From the IMG/VR virus record IMGVR_UViG_3300037067_013225, positions 138,678 through 202,677 of that record: 64,000 bases of DNA; one strand, 5' to 3'. Made by a program: the position numbers and the translations under genes. The notes beneath the pieces were generated by a model, which saw only the letters and a program-made list of their open reading frames with translations, had not been told where the DNA came from and made no database searches. This stretch comes from a virus (lineage: Duplodnaviria > Caudoviricetes). This document shows positions 19,620-29,513 of the stretch, in pieces (position 1 is the first letter of the stretch; the number at the start of each line of letters is the position of its first letter).

Positions 19620-20224
19620 TAAAAATCGATCTCCTGGAATTCTTTTAAGTCAAAGTTTAGAGCGTTGGCGGCGATATCAGTGAAGTTTATGCTTGGATTA
19701 ACTTCCGCTGCATAATAAGCAGCATCAGCAGCAAGAATAGTAGCGTTAGCAGCATAAGCAGCATCAGAAATATCAACAGCACAAGCAGCAGCATTAGCGG
19801 CGGCATCAGCAACAGCAACGTGAGTAGCACGAGTAGCATGATCGGCCCAAAACTTCCCTGATACAATTTGAGCAGTTTTGGAGCTTCGATCCGTTCCATT
19901 GATCCAGGCATTCGCCCACGACACGAACACAGGATCATCACACACGGCTAGCGCGCATTGAATCGCAAACCACTGACGCTGAACAAGAGTGAATTCCGGC
20001 ACATAGGTCTCTCGCAAAAGTGTGAATTCGCCATCAGAGCGCATAGGATCGTTCATCTCTCCCGATGCTTCAAAAATCCTAGGGTGGTCGAACGTCTCGT
20101 ATATGGGGTTTATAAGTACGGCTAGTTCCGGGCTGGCGTAAGCAAAACCGGAACGTTTTATGCCGATTTCCCACAAACCATCACTGTACATATCTTCATT
20201 TATAATCACGTACATGTTCATCAA
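19619..20224 (-). CDS. Ala-rich variable paralogue family member 3, IDF-tagged
   Basis: Conserved core, Ala-rich segment, ends FQEIDF. Confidence 0.85.
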   Translation of the reverse strand: MMNMYVIINEDMYSDGLWEIGIKRSGFAYASPELAVLINPIYETFDHPRIFEASGEMNDPMRSDGEFTLLRETYVPEFTLVQRQWFAIQCALAVCDDPVFVSWANAWINGTDRSSKTAQIVSGKFWADHATRATHVAVADAAANAAACAVDISDAAYAANATILAADAAYYAAEVNPSINFTDIAANALNFDLKEFQEIDF

Positions 20225-20547
20225 AAATCAATCTCCACGAATTGAATATCTAATGGTGAACTTATACTATTAAGCAGACTGAAGAATTGATCTACATTGA
20301 TAATGGGAATTTGCCTTCCTTGACGATGATTCCACTCGTCGAGCAATTCTTTTTTGGTGCTGTTTTTACAACCTCCCAAAACCAAATAGTCAACATTATA
20401 ATAATCATACATTCTGTGTATTGTGGCTTTATGGCGGAAATATTCAGATCCCATTTCTTTATTCTTATCTTTTATGGCATCAATGAGTGTCTGACGCGAA
20501 TAAATCGTTCTACCGGTAAAGACAAACCTCATCAACATTCGTCCCAT
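20221..20547 (-). CDS. Stand-alone BRCT-like domain protein, IDF-tagged (FVEIDF*)
   Basis: FVFTG..SR...VDYLVLG...STKK...IPIINVDQF resembles the LigA-type BRCT domain. Confidence 0.6.
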   Translation of the reverse strand: MGRMLMRFVFTGRTIYSRQTLIDAIKDKNKEMGSEYFRHKATIHRMYDYYNVDYLVLGGCKNSTKKELLDEWNHRQGRQIPIINVDQFFSLLNSISSPLDIQFVEIDF

Positions 20548-22181
20548 TGCCCATTCGGGTGGATTTTGTATGTTTTGTAAACAGCTTCAGGAAACTGGTC
20601 GAAATAGGTTGTGGTCATATAATCCTTCATATAAACGACTATGATTTTGGTATTTTTCACATCCAAATTTGTCCAAAACGATCCGTTAAAACATCCATCC
20701 GTAAATACATACGCGATACGGCCATAGTCGCGATTATAATTGCCCTGATTTGTTAGATGTTCCATCCAACAATCATTTGTTCCACCGGATGTTTGAAATT
20801 TGTTATTCGCGATATCGGATTCGCTGCATTTATAAACGAATGTCGAAAAAGCATATACTTCATCGAAATAATCGATATTATATCGGATAGAATCAAAAAA
20901 TATCTTATGATATGCATCAGTAGAGCCGGATACATCAAAATAAGCTGTTACGTAAAGATTCATATCCGGTAATGGACATTTAAAAAATGGTTGATGTACA
21001 CGCATGGCACCATAAAGAGCTAGTTTACGATCTTTATGATGGGGGAATACGCGCCTGGTGGAACGATCTCCTCTGATTTTTAGAAAATCCTTTTCTAGTG
21101 TTTGCTTTAACCCAACCGGTGTTGAAACAATTGGAATATCTTGTGTTGGATCGTGATGATATTCGGAGAAAAATTCATCAACTATCTCCTCATACAAAGT
21201 CGTGGCTGTTGGATCGCAACCTTGAGATCCCTTTTTAGCTTTTCTGGTTCCAGGTTTTTGTCCCGACTCAGAAAGTTCCTTCAACGCTTCTGCAATGGCG
21301 GATTGTATTTCCGGATCGATAATTACATCTGAACCAGATTTGCCGTTTCCACCTTCGCCATCTTGATTGCCGTCTTGCTCATCCTTACCGTTTCCGCCAT
21401 CTTCACTATCCTCGTTGTTATCACAGGGTTCGTCAGAGTCGTCCTCGCCTAGAGTAGCCTGAATTTTGCCATCCTCACCCACCTGTGGTTCACCATGACT
21501 ACCTAGAAGGATTATCGTGGTAGTTCCACCTTCCGGCATCGAACCAGAAATGGCCTGTTTTAATTCATACATCGAAACAGAATCTTCGCTATAAAGAGCG
21601 TCATAAACTTGTTTCAAGTATGGATCGGTAATCTGGCTATTCGGACGCAAAAATGCATAAGGTAATTCGTCTGCTTTGTAGAGTTTTTCAAACATGGTTT
21701 GAAATTCTGGTTGCAGGTTGTACTTTTTGCAAATGACGCTATTTACTACCGCATCATATATGATGTTATCCAACATTAGTTCTTGAGAAGATTTCTTTTC
21801 GGGTTTGTTCAAGATATTCATGTGGCCTAATGCGCTATGCATGACCTCATGAATAATTAATGTTGTGAATTCGTAAGCATTGATCTTGTTTTCTACCAGG
21901 AATTCTTCGAACACTTCCATGGTAAGATTTCCGGGTTTGGCAATGATTCTAGCCGTTTTGCCATATATAAGATTGCTTAGATATTTGTTTTCCGGAGAAT
22001 CGATGGGAATCATTCTGATATTGCAAATGCACACCAGATTATATAGTGCAAATTTGTAATCTTTGACAAGATTCAAAAATGTATCATAAAATAGATCCCA
22101 TTGTCCTGCCTGATATGGTGTTAGCGGGTCCATATTATTCCTTTGATGCAAAATAATCCTTATATCCGGGGTAAACGACAA
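20532..22181 (-). CDS. Metallopeptidase-like plus VWA domain protein (DUF2201-like MoxR partner)
   Basis: IIHEVMH (HExxH), acidic Gly-rich linker, FDVSGS, GGT, FTDG MIDAS elements. Confidence 0.8.
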   Translation of the reverse strand: MSFTPDIRIILHQRNNMDPLTPYQAGQWDLFYDTFLNLVKDYKFALYNLVCICNIRMIPIDSPENKYLSNLIYGKTARIIAKPGNLTMEVFEEFLVENKINAYEFTTLIIHEVMHSALGHMNILNKPEKKSSQELMLDNIIYDAVVNSVICKKYNLQPEFQTMFEKLYKADELPYAFLRPNSQITDPYLKQVYDALYSEDSVSMYELKQAISGSMPEGGTTTIILLGSHGEPQVGEDGKIQATLGEDDSDEPCDNNEDSEDGGNGKDEQDGNQDGEGGNGKSGSDVIIDPEIQSAIAEALKELSESGQKPGTRKAKKGSQGCDPTATTLYEEIVDEFFSEYHHDPTQDIPIVSTPVGLKQTLEKDFLKIRGDRSTRRVFPHHKDRKLALYGAMRVHQPFFKCPLPDMNLYVTAYFDVSGSTDAYHKIFFDSIRYNIDYFDEVYAFSTFVYKCSESDIANNKFQTSGGTNDCWMEHLTNQGNYNRDYGRIAYVFTDGCFNGSFWTNLDVKNTKIIVVYMKDYMTTTYFDQFPEAVYKTYKIHPNGQWDEC

Positions 22182-22809
22182 CCATGAAATTTGGGTGCTT
22201 CAGTTTTGTATTTTTGTTATTGGTAAACTCTGGGACAAAGAACCCATACTCACCTTCCTTGTTAAAGTAAGTGTGGGACAGTAAGTGTCCGGTTTCTTCT
22301 GCACTCAATATATTGGGCAAAAGCTGTGCTGTTGCGAAGGTTGCATCTTCCATGGCAACGACCAGAACCAAATCGGAATTATTGAACGTTTTGATATTTT
22401 TACTGTGAGAGGGGATGAGATTGTCTCCCAAATTAATACCCCACGTTGGAACAAACGATGCATTGATCAGATGAGATGATGCACCTAGCGGATCAATATT
22501 GAACTTTACCGTACCATTCGCTTTTTGAATCCAAATTCCACATTTTTCTTTCAATTCGTCGCTATCAAAATCCTGACAATAAAAGAATTGCGGATTGGTG
22601 AAATCTTTATTGCAGATGGTGCAACTTAGAAATGATTTTAGCTTTGTGTTGGCGATTTCGACGGCATCCAACGAGTATCCTAAAAATACTCTTTTGTCTG
22701 ATGTTTCGAAGTACAGTGTGCCATTGGGCTTATTATATGTTACTTTTGTCGGCTTGCCAGAATCGACAATTGTACTTGCGTTGTTTGAGAGTGTTTCGGC
22801 GATTAACAT
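22135..22809 (-). CDS. Hypothetical protein between MoxR ATPase and VWA genes
   Basis: ORF translationally coupled (TAATG) to the ATPase gene. Confidence 0.65.
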   Translation of the reverse strand: MLIAETLSNNASTIVDSGKPTKVTYNKPNGTLYFETSDKRVFLGYSLDAVEIANTKLKSFLSCTICNKDFTNPQFFYCQDFDSDELKEKCGIWIQKANGTVKFNIDPLGASSHLINASFVPTWGINLGDNLIPSHSKNIKTFNNSDLVLVVAMEDATFATAQLLPNILSAEETGHLLSHTYFNKEGEYGFFVPEFTNNKNTKLKHPNFMVVVYPGYKDYFASKE

Positions 22810-24359
22810 TACGCTTCCTCTTCGTCTCTGAATTTTTTAAGAATAGTGAACACTTCTTGCTGGCTATTACTATCCAGTAGGCATGAATCAAGAATGTGAT
22901 TCGATAACGATTGGTTGTAGATCTTTGCAGGTTGTCCTTCGATAATCTTATTATCGAGTAATTGCTTCGGATCAAGATTGTTCTTATTGATGTACAATCC
23001 CATAGCGAGTCTCAGGAATTTGCTCGTGTAAGGTTCGTTAGAATATGATCTGATCTGATGACCATATTTGAGAAAGATCGATGTACCGAATAACTCAATA
23101 GCTTTTCCGATAGAATTTTTGTCGAAAATACCCTTGTTGGTAATGGCGTGAAGCGCTAGAGCGATTTCTTTTGCGGATGATGTATTCTTTTTAACGCCAT
23201 TTTCTCTCTCCGCAACACCGAGTGCATGCTGGTAGATTTGATTCATCAATTCCTTGTTCTGATTGATCTCGTCATCTCTTTTGGCTTGCAAAACCATTTC
23301 GATTGGATCTTCGATGGTGAAGTATTTGGCTGTAGGTTTCGTTTGATCAATGATTCTTTCCAAACTCGCCACAACGGAAGTCTTAATTTTGTTGAAATCT
23401 ACACCCTTAATCTCCGTTGCTAGTTGCGGCATGGAAAAATATACGATCCGAGATAAAAATTCCGAATCTCTTAACTCGAAGCTTCCACCGGATTTAATCT
23501 TCCGAATAATCAGGCCCAGTTTAACATTGGTGGCGATTCTATTTGCGCGACGACCATCAATATGAAAATCTCCTCCGGAATTCAGCGATTGACACACATC
23601 TACTGTAAATCCGTCTGTGCCGAATTCGTTATTATGATATGATTCTCTAACTTTGTTCAGAAAACCAATCAGCCTTTCGGAACGTTCCACAGGTTCAGCT
23701 TTTTTCAGTAATGGCGAATCCTGATATCCCACATTAGATACAACGCGAGTCCTATCTTCCAAAGCCAATTCGGAGAATTTGGGGAATGGAATGAACATCG
23801 AGAATCTATCCGCTAAAGCGTTGTCTAGTGGTGATGTACCTCGCTCGGATAGTTGGTTTTGTGCCGCAAAGATATAGTCTAGCTTAAGTTCCACGCCTGC
23901 ACACATTCTATCCTGGATTAGTTGCAACATTAGATTTTGTACATCATATTTGCAACGATTAACCTCGTCAATAAACAAAACACGCTTGTCCCAGACATTA
24001 ATTGGTGTGTCGGCGAACTCCAATTTAAATCCGGGACTGACATTCTCGATACCGGGAATCTGATTGATGTCTTTGCCCATCAATGAAGCAAGACCCTTCA
24101 ATAGAAACAGTTCTCGGTTGAAATTATCATCTGGAACCGGATATCCCACGATATCCTCATAATTCATTGTAGGTGCCGAAAACTGTGCCACATCGGTTGC
24201 TTTGTAACCGAGTAGCCGCGTCAGGTTCCTAATAAATAGGGTCTTTGCCGTTCCGGGTGGGGCAATCAACAATAATGGGTTGCCGTCCGCTAGAGGAATC
24301 AACAGGTAGTCCTCTAGTGCTTTTAAGCCGTAAACTCTGGTTTCGTTTAAAAATTCCAT
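22809..24359 (-). CDS. MoxR-family AAA+ ATPase
   Basis: APPGTAKT Walker A, LFIDEVNR Walker B, FAAQN sensor, LDNALADRF Arg finger. Confidence 0.85.
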   Translation of the reverse strand: MEFLNETRVYGLKALEDYLLIPLADGNPLLLIAPPGTAKTLFIRNLTRLLGYKATDVAQFSAPTMNYEDIVGYPVPDDNFNRELFLLKGLASLMGKDINQIPGIENVSPGFKLEFADTPINVWDKRVLFIDEVNRCKYDVQNLMLQLIQDRMCAGVELKLDYIFAAQNQLSERGTSPLDNALADRFSMFIPFPKFSELALEDRTRVVSNVGYQDSPLLKKAEPVERSERLIGFLNKVRESYHNNEFGTDGFTVDVCQSLNSGGDFHIDGRRANRIATNVKLGLIIRKIKSGGSFELRDSEFLSRIVYFSMPQLATEIKGVDFNKIKTSVVASLERIIDQTKPTAKYFTIEDPIEMVLQAKRDDEINQNKELMNQIYQHALGVAERENGVKKNTSSAKEIALALHAITNKGIFDKNSIGKAIELFGTSIFLKYGHQIRSYSNEPYTSKFLRLAMGLYINKNNLDPKQLLDNKIIEGQPAKIYNQSLSNHILDSCLLDSNSQQEVFTILKKFRDEEEA

Positions 24360-24380
24360 GTTCGCTCCTTGAATGGGTCA

Positions 24381-24439
24381 AGTATAGCAGAAAAATCCGC
24401 GTTTGTCAAGCTTGACTTTCTGGTATTTTGTGTTATAAT
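24381..24439. promoter_or_regulatory. Back-to-back divergent sigma70 promoters at the main strand switch
   Basis: Minus TTGACA(24409-24404)-17-TATACT; plus TTGACT(24412)-16-TATAAT(24434); the -35 boxes form palindrome GTCAAGCTTGAC. Confidence 0.85.
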
Positions 24440-24444
24440 GGTTC

Positions 24445-24756
24445 ATGGATCAATTTTTTAGAGCCTTGGTGCTAGGTCTGGCGGTGCTACCGCTGACATA
24501 CACGGTATTATACCATCCAACCATCAGGATTGTCAAGGCACAGATTTTGAGCTGGTTCGATAATGACCATATGAGTTGGCGAGAATTCGTCAGAGAGGGG
24601 TTTTCCTGTTTCATGTGCCAGGGGTTGTGGATTTCAATTTTTTGTGGTATAATGATTCGCGCTTCACTCATAGTTATTCTAGCGGCATGGGGTGTGGCGT
24701 TATTAATAGATATGGTATTAAATCCGGATGTGAGAGATAACAGTGATCAAATATGA
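24445..24756 (+). CDS. Small membrane protein (DUF1360-like), leaderless
   Basis: Hydrophobic helices with CFMCQGLW. Confidence 0.5.
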   Translation: MDQFFRALVLGLAVLPLTYTVLYHPTIRIVKAQILSWFDNDHMSWREFVREGFSCFMCQGLWISIFCGIMIRASLIVILAAWGVALLIDMVLNPDVRDNSDQI

Positions 24757-25660
24757 TATCTATAAACATATTATAGATATTTTCTTTATAAATAATTATT
24801 ACGCTTTACAAAAAAATGACGGTCAGTTTATTCTGGCGCGGGATAGAAATAAAAATGATTTGCAAATCACACCGGATTTAATTAAATCGGCGATTTGGGA
24901 TAAAAAGATTATTCTTGGCACATATACGATATCTAAGAATAATGAGTGCCAATGGTTGGCATTGGATTTCGATAGAGAGGGATCTGTAGCCAAATTGAGA
25001 TCGCCAGTATTCGACACATATAAAAAAGCCATCAATTACGGATTGAAACCATATTTGGAATTTTCTGGACACAAAGGTTATCATTTGTGGGTATTTTTCG
25101 ACAAAATGCCATCCGAGGTGGTTTGGAAAGCGGCGCAAGTATTGGGCGACGGTATAAGTGGAGAAATATTCCCTCGTCAATCATCGCTAACAGCCATATA
25201 TCCTTACGGAAATTTGGTGCGATTACCCGGATGCTTAAATATAAAGTCTGGTGCGTCAACTCAGTGGCTCGGCTCTAATATGTTACCTATATCAGATCAG
25301 GTAGGATATTTTACCAAATTACAAAAAACATCTCGTGATAAGATAGAGCGGCTTGCTGAACAATGCGTTCTTTCTCCCGATGATAAACGACAAATCGTAT
25401 TTAATCCTGCTGCCAAAATACAGATATCCAATCCGATGTTCCGTATTACTAAGGATCGGCATCGTCATGACGCGCAATTCCCGTTAATTATGAAATGTCT
25501 TGAAGCGGGATATAATCATGAGCAAATTCTTGAAATAGGAGGCGAATGGCTGGATTGGTATTCGGGAGTATATAAGAGCGATTATAATAAAGCTATGTCT
25601 GATTTTATCAAGTCCCTCAATTATTGCGAAAATACTTATGAGGTTAAAAGAGCCAAATAG
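24743..25660 (+). CDS. Archaeo-eukaryotic primase (AEP) family protein
   Basis: WLALDFD, EFSGHKGYHLWVFF, EIFPRQ, GNLVRLP. Confidence 0.8.
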   Translation: MIKYDIYKHIIDIFFINNYYALQKNDGQFILARDRNKNDLQITPDLIKSAIWDKKIILGTYTISKNNECQWLALDFDREGSVAKLRSPVFDTYKKAINYGLKPYLEFSGHKGYHLWVFFDKMPSEVVWKAAQVLGDGISGEIFPRQSSLTAIYPYGNLVRLPGCLNIKSGASTQWLGSNMLPISDQVGYFTKLQKTSRDKIERLAEQCVLSPDDKRQIVFNPAAKIQISNPMFRITKDRHRHDAQFPLIMKCLEAGYNHEQILEIGGEWLDWYSGVYKSDYNKAMSDFIKSLNYCENTYEVKRAK

Positions 25661-26300
25661 AATGGATAGAATAGATCAAATTAAATGTTTGGATAATCTT
25701 GGTAGAGCCTTTGTGGTTGAACCTTCTTTTTCAGGTGCGGCATATAGGATCTTCAAAGACTGCCAAGTTAATAGTATTGGTTTATTTCCCAAAGATGGAG
25801 GAATATTTTGCGGTTTAATCGATAAAACCACCATTACTGTTGCCGTGGAGGCATTTAATGAGGCAGTACGAGATGGCACATTGGGTGATGAATATATCTG
25901 GTCAAGACTTTCTCATTATGCGAAATTTCTCAATGAAGTAGCGTATTTTTATAATCAGGGACTTTATAATTATTTTTTGGGATCCAAATATCCTACCATG
26001 ATTGTCGCTCATGTTTGGGGTACCGGTGTGGTGGATGGCGGTTTTATGGCAGAAAATGTTCCATTATATAGATGTGATTTTGCGAAAATTGACGCATCTC
26101 CGCAAAGTAAATTGGCATGGGTATTGTTTAGCGAATTATTCTTTTGGTGCGATTTCCTCAATCACATACCATTATATAACGGTGATGGATTGCATAAATA
26201 TTTAAAGCGGTTATATGCATATAAAATATTGGAGGCATGTGGTTATGACCTGACGAGCTTTATTCATAACGAATCCGAAATGCAAATGATTGATTTTTAA
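25638..26300 (+). CDS. Hypothetical protein, IDF-tagged (MQMIDF*)
   Basis: ORF track; start may be the later ATG near 25662. Confidence 0.75.
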   Translation: MRLKEPNRMDRIDQIKCLDNLGRAFVVEPSFSGAAYRIFKDCQVNSIGLFPKDGGIFCGLIDKTTITVAVEAFNEAVRDGTLGDEYIWSRLSHYAKFLNEVAYFYNQGLYNYFLGSKYPTMIVAHVWGTGVVDGGFMAENVPLYRCDFAKIDASPQSKLAWVLFSELFFWCDFLNHIPLYNGDGLHKYLKRLYAYKILEACGYDLTSFIHNESEMQMIDF

Positions 26301-26309
26301 GGAGAAAAA

Positions 26310-27399
26310 ATGACGATTGTAATTGTGCCGGTAGATACTTTGTCTACTTTGGAAAGTACCGTATTTAACGGAGTGGAGAATTTCGACATAATCGAGAATA
26401 ATGGTATCTCATATATGTTATTTATGTTTGAGAAGGAAATGACGAAAGATCAGATATCTCAGTTTGGTCAATTTAGCATCAAAAAGGCTGTCGCCAAGGG
26501 AGTAAAATAATGGAAGATCAGGATAAGAAAAAGGGTACACCACGTTTAAAGGTTCGCAAATACAATGATATTATTTATGTGAAGATCACTAATAGGCTAT
26601 TTTTGCAGGATAAAAAGGCTAAGGAGCTAAATGAGAAAGCGCCAGATTATAAAAATGGCAATTCTGCTGCGTGGTTCGCGACAGGCGATACATGGCAAGG
26701 TCTGGATGCATCTCTAGAAGTGGATGTGGAATCGCTAATCGAATTTCTTAAGGCTGAAGGACTAGTGTAATGAGTTTCGATCCTAACAGATTTTTACCGC
26801 AATATTCAGATCCGGATAAAATTGCGGATTACAAAAAACAAATTGCGGATCTAAATCGTGGGCATCATGGAATCGTTGCGGGTGATGAGGGCGAACCCAT
26901 CGGGGGGTTCGCCCAGGGTGCGGATTTTGAAGAATCGGATGATGTGGAAGAAACCCCGGTACCACAAAACAATATCGGGGCAGATTTTAGAAGCTATTTG
27001 GAGAATAACGATCTATTAACTCAATTAAAAGAAACCGTTCCGCCAAAGGCTCTGTATCCGACGATTAAAAATGCCCTCATGAGTATTGCGGGAGTCTTAA
27101 AAAAGGATATCGGATTAATTGCCAAGGCTATAAACAAAACACAGTTGGCTAAATTGTTATCGCTTAATGTTAAGGACGAGCTAACTTGTTGGGAATATAC
27201 CACACAATTCGGAACGCTTTACTTTGTTTTATCTTATACGAGTTTAAAGCGTTTTTACTTAGTTAAACCGAATGTGGTTGAGTTGGTGGGAGAGTTAAAT
27301 TTATCGCAATTTTCGGACGAAGCCTTGTATTTATTCGTTGTTTCTGGTATAATTGAGTGTAAAGAACTCAAGTCAAGGCACTCAAATGGAACTGAATGA
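26310..27399 (+). other. Three hypothetical genes (26310-26510, 26510-26770, 26770-27399)
   Basis: TAATG-coupled ORFs; AAGGAG SD before 26310. Confidence 0.65.
27325..27353 (+). promoter_or_regulatory. Probable promoter for the sigma factor gene
   Basis: TTGTAT-17-(TGG)TATAAT. Confidence 0.5.
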
Positions 27400-28270
27400 A
27401 TATGCCGAAACAGATACGGAAACTATCCGGTTAACACACCAATTACAACAGGCGAATAAGGAATTAGAATCTCTCATTAAAGAAGAATGGATGCGCGAAT
27501 TAAAACCGCCTGATAAGGATTTTTTTAGAGCCTGCACGTTAGATAGTTTGATAAAATTGCATGGATTCCCCAAGTGTATTGATCGGAGCAGTGGAAGATA
27601 CTGTGGACCGAATAACAAGGTCAAGGCTCTAGAAATAATTATAGATCAAAAATATCAAAAACTACTATTCAAGTACAAAAAGATGGTTCATCATTGGGTG
27701 AAAAAATTCCCCATTCCACCCATTGTCGGATATGAGGATATTGTTAGTGTTGGTGAGGCTGCGCTTTATAAGGGATTTAAACGATATGATCCCATGTTAA
27801 GCAAAGCAACCACTTTTGTTTCCAGAACGATATTAGGAGAGATCAAGAAATATTTCAGGGATTATTGCTGGCCGCTAAAGGTGTCTAGAAAATTAAAAGA
27901 TGCCGTATCGGGTCACGACAATAGAGATCGCGATGCTAAAGAATTATCAGAAAAATATGGTATGGATGAAAATGAGATTCAGAAAGTACAAAATGTTCTC
28001 AAAGTGCATATTGCTTATGAGGAATATCGAAACAATGAATTAGATAGCGATATCGAACCATATGACGAATTATTATTAGAGGAGATGTTGAACCGATTAA
28101 GTGAAGTGGAAGAGGAAGTCGTTAGATTGCGTTATTTAGACCATAGATCCATGATTGATATTGCGGATTTATGTCTGTTAGAATCCGCGCAAGCGAAACG
28201 TATTATGGACGGAGCTATAGAGAAACTGAAAACAATGTATGCGGAGAGCGAATATGGCAGCAAAAGATAA
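27386..28270 (+). CDS. RNA polymerase sigma-70 family factor (SigB/F/G/FliA-like)
   Basis: EDIVSVGEAALYKGFKRYDP, TTFVSRTILGEIKKYFRD, region 4 LSEVEEEVVRLRY..IA..AIEKLK. Confidence 0.85.
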   Translation: MELNEYAETDTETIRLTHQLQQANKELESLIKEEWMRELKPPDKDFFRACTLDSLIKLHGFPKCIDRSSGRYCGPNNKVKALEIIIDQKYQKLLFKYKKMVHHWVKKFPIPPIVGYEDIVSVGEAALYKGFKRYDPMLSKATTFVSRTILGEIKKYFRDYCWPLKVSRKLKDAVSGHDNRDRDAKELSEKYGMDENEIQKVQNVLKVHIAYEEYRNNELDSDIEPYDELLLEEMLNRLSEVEEEVVRLRYLDHRSMIDIADLCLLESAQAKRIMDGAIEKLKTMYAESEYGSKR

Positions 28271-29057
28271 AAGTGACGATATGAAAGCGCGAAATATTGA
28301 GTTGGCTGATTGTCCGATAATTTATGATGCGCTAAGAAACAAGACCAAGGAATTAATTGAAAAGGCCATATCTGTTGTCGATGGCAAAATGATTGTGGAT
28401 ACATCGATTATCGAAATGACTGTGGCAGACAAAACACGGAAAGGTTATGATACTACTGGATTTCGATATCAGCGGCTTATTGATATTCTAAATGAAACAG
28501 TTGGTTCCAATCATTGGCGTGCGGAATCGGAAGTAATTGAACGTGTAATGCCGGATTCGGGATATCTGAGTGTAGCAATGAAGGTTACGGTGCAGATTGG
28601 CAACTGGATGCCGGGAGATAAACCATTTTTTGATATTGTGGATTCCAAGTTCTGCTATGGAACCGGCAAAAGTAAAGATCTCGGTGATACATATAAGGGT
28701 GCATTTACTAATGGATTCAAAAAAACAGTATCACAATTCGGTTTAGGATCGGCAGCATATACGGGTGAATTGCATAAATTGCTACAATTGGAAATCCCTG
28801 AATCGGACGATGAATACGATGTGTCTGAGGAGCCTAAGACAGCGACAGACAAGGGTGCAAAAAAGACCACGCCCAAGACCACAAAGAGCGAATCGGATTG
28901 CCCACCAGTCGAATATTATTGCCAAGTAACACAAAAACCCATTTCACTCAAGCAGGTTCAATATTGTGAAAAGCAGGGGTTTATTCCAGTAGATTATACG
29001 GTAATTGTTAAGCACCGTAATGCAGGCACACTTGATGAAATCAAGGCAAAGGAATAG
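28254..29057 (+). CDS. Rad52/Sak-like single-strand annealing protein
   Basis: RLIDILNETVGSNHW, GDTYKGAFTNGFKKTVSQFGLG. Confidence 0.7.
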   Translation: MAAKDKSDDMKARNIELADCPIIYDALRNKTKELIEKAISVVDGKMIVDTSIIEMTVADKTRKGYDTTGFRYQRLIDILNETVGSNHWRAESEVIERVMPDSGYLSVAMKVTVQIGNWMPGDKPFFDIVDSKFCYGTGKSKDLGDTYKGAFTNGFKKTVSQFGLGSAAYTGELHKLLQLEIPESDDEYDVSEEPKTATDKGAKKTTPKTTKSESDCPPVEYYCQVTQKPISLKQVQYCEKQGFIPVDYTVIVKHRNAGTLDEIKAKE

Positions 29058-29251
29058 TGATGAGTTTGCCAGCCAAAATCTATATGAATTGCAACGGAAA
29101 ACAAACCCCTATCGGAGAAGTAACAGGCATGACGTATAAGGGAATGTATTCTCCGGCTATTTTGGGATGCAATATGTATATGTATGACTATCTGGATGAA
29201 ATTGCGATGGGGATCGATTTAGATAAACAATTTCAAGAGATCGATTTCTAA
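29057..29251 (+). CDS. Small protein, IDF-tagged (FQEIDF*)
   Basis: ORF track. Confidence 0.7.
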   Translation: MMSLPAKIYMNCNGKQTPIGEVTGMTYKGMYSPAILGCNMYMYDYLDEIAMGIDLDKQFQEIDF

Positions 29252-29255
29252 GAAT

Positions 29256-29513
29256 ATGGCAATGGAAGACACTGCGAGAGATGTGGTTTCGGATATAATG
29301 GCTGAGATATTAGACGGTGGTTTTATTGGGAGAAAATGTACCAATATAGCCGAAATATCTAAGTTTGTTAAACTCATGTATGGTGATAGTGCGGAAGTTT
29401 TATCTTTTGATCCAAATACACAAACAATAACTATTCAACACGATATTGATGGTTTTAGTGGTACGTTTACATTGGAAATGCCGCATGATCCTTTCGTGGA
29501 GATTGATTTCTAA
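29256..29513 (+). CDS. Small protein, IDF-tagged (FVEIDF*)
   Basis: ORF track. Confidence 0.75.
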   Translation: MAMEDTARDVVSDIMAEILDGGFIGRKCTNIAEISKFVKLMYGDSAEVLSFDPNTQTITIQHDIDGFSGTFTLEMPHDPFVEIDF

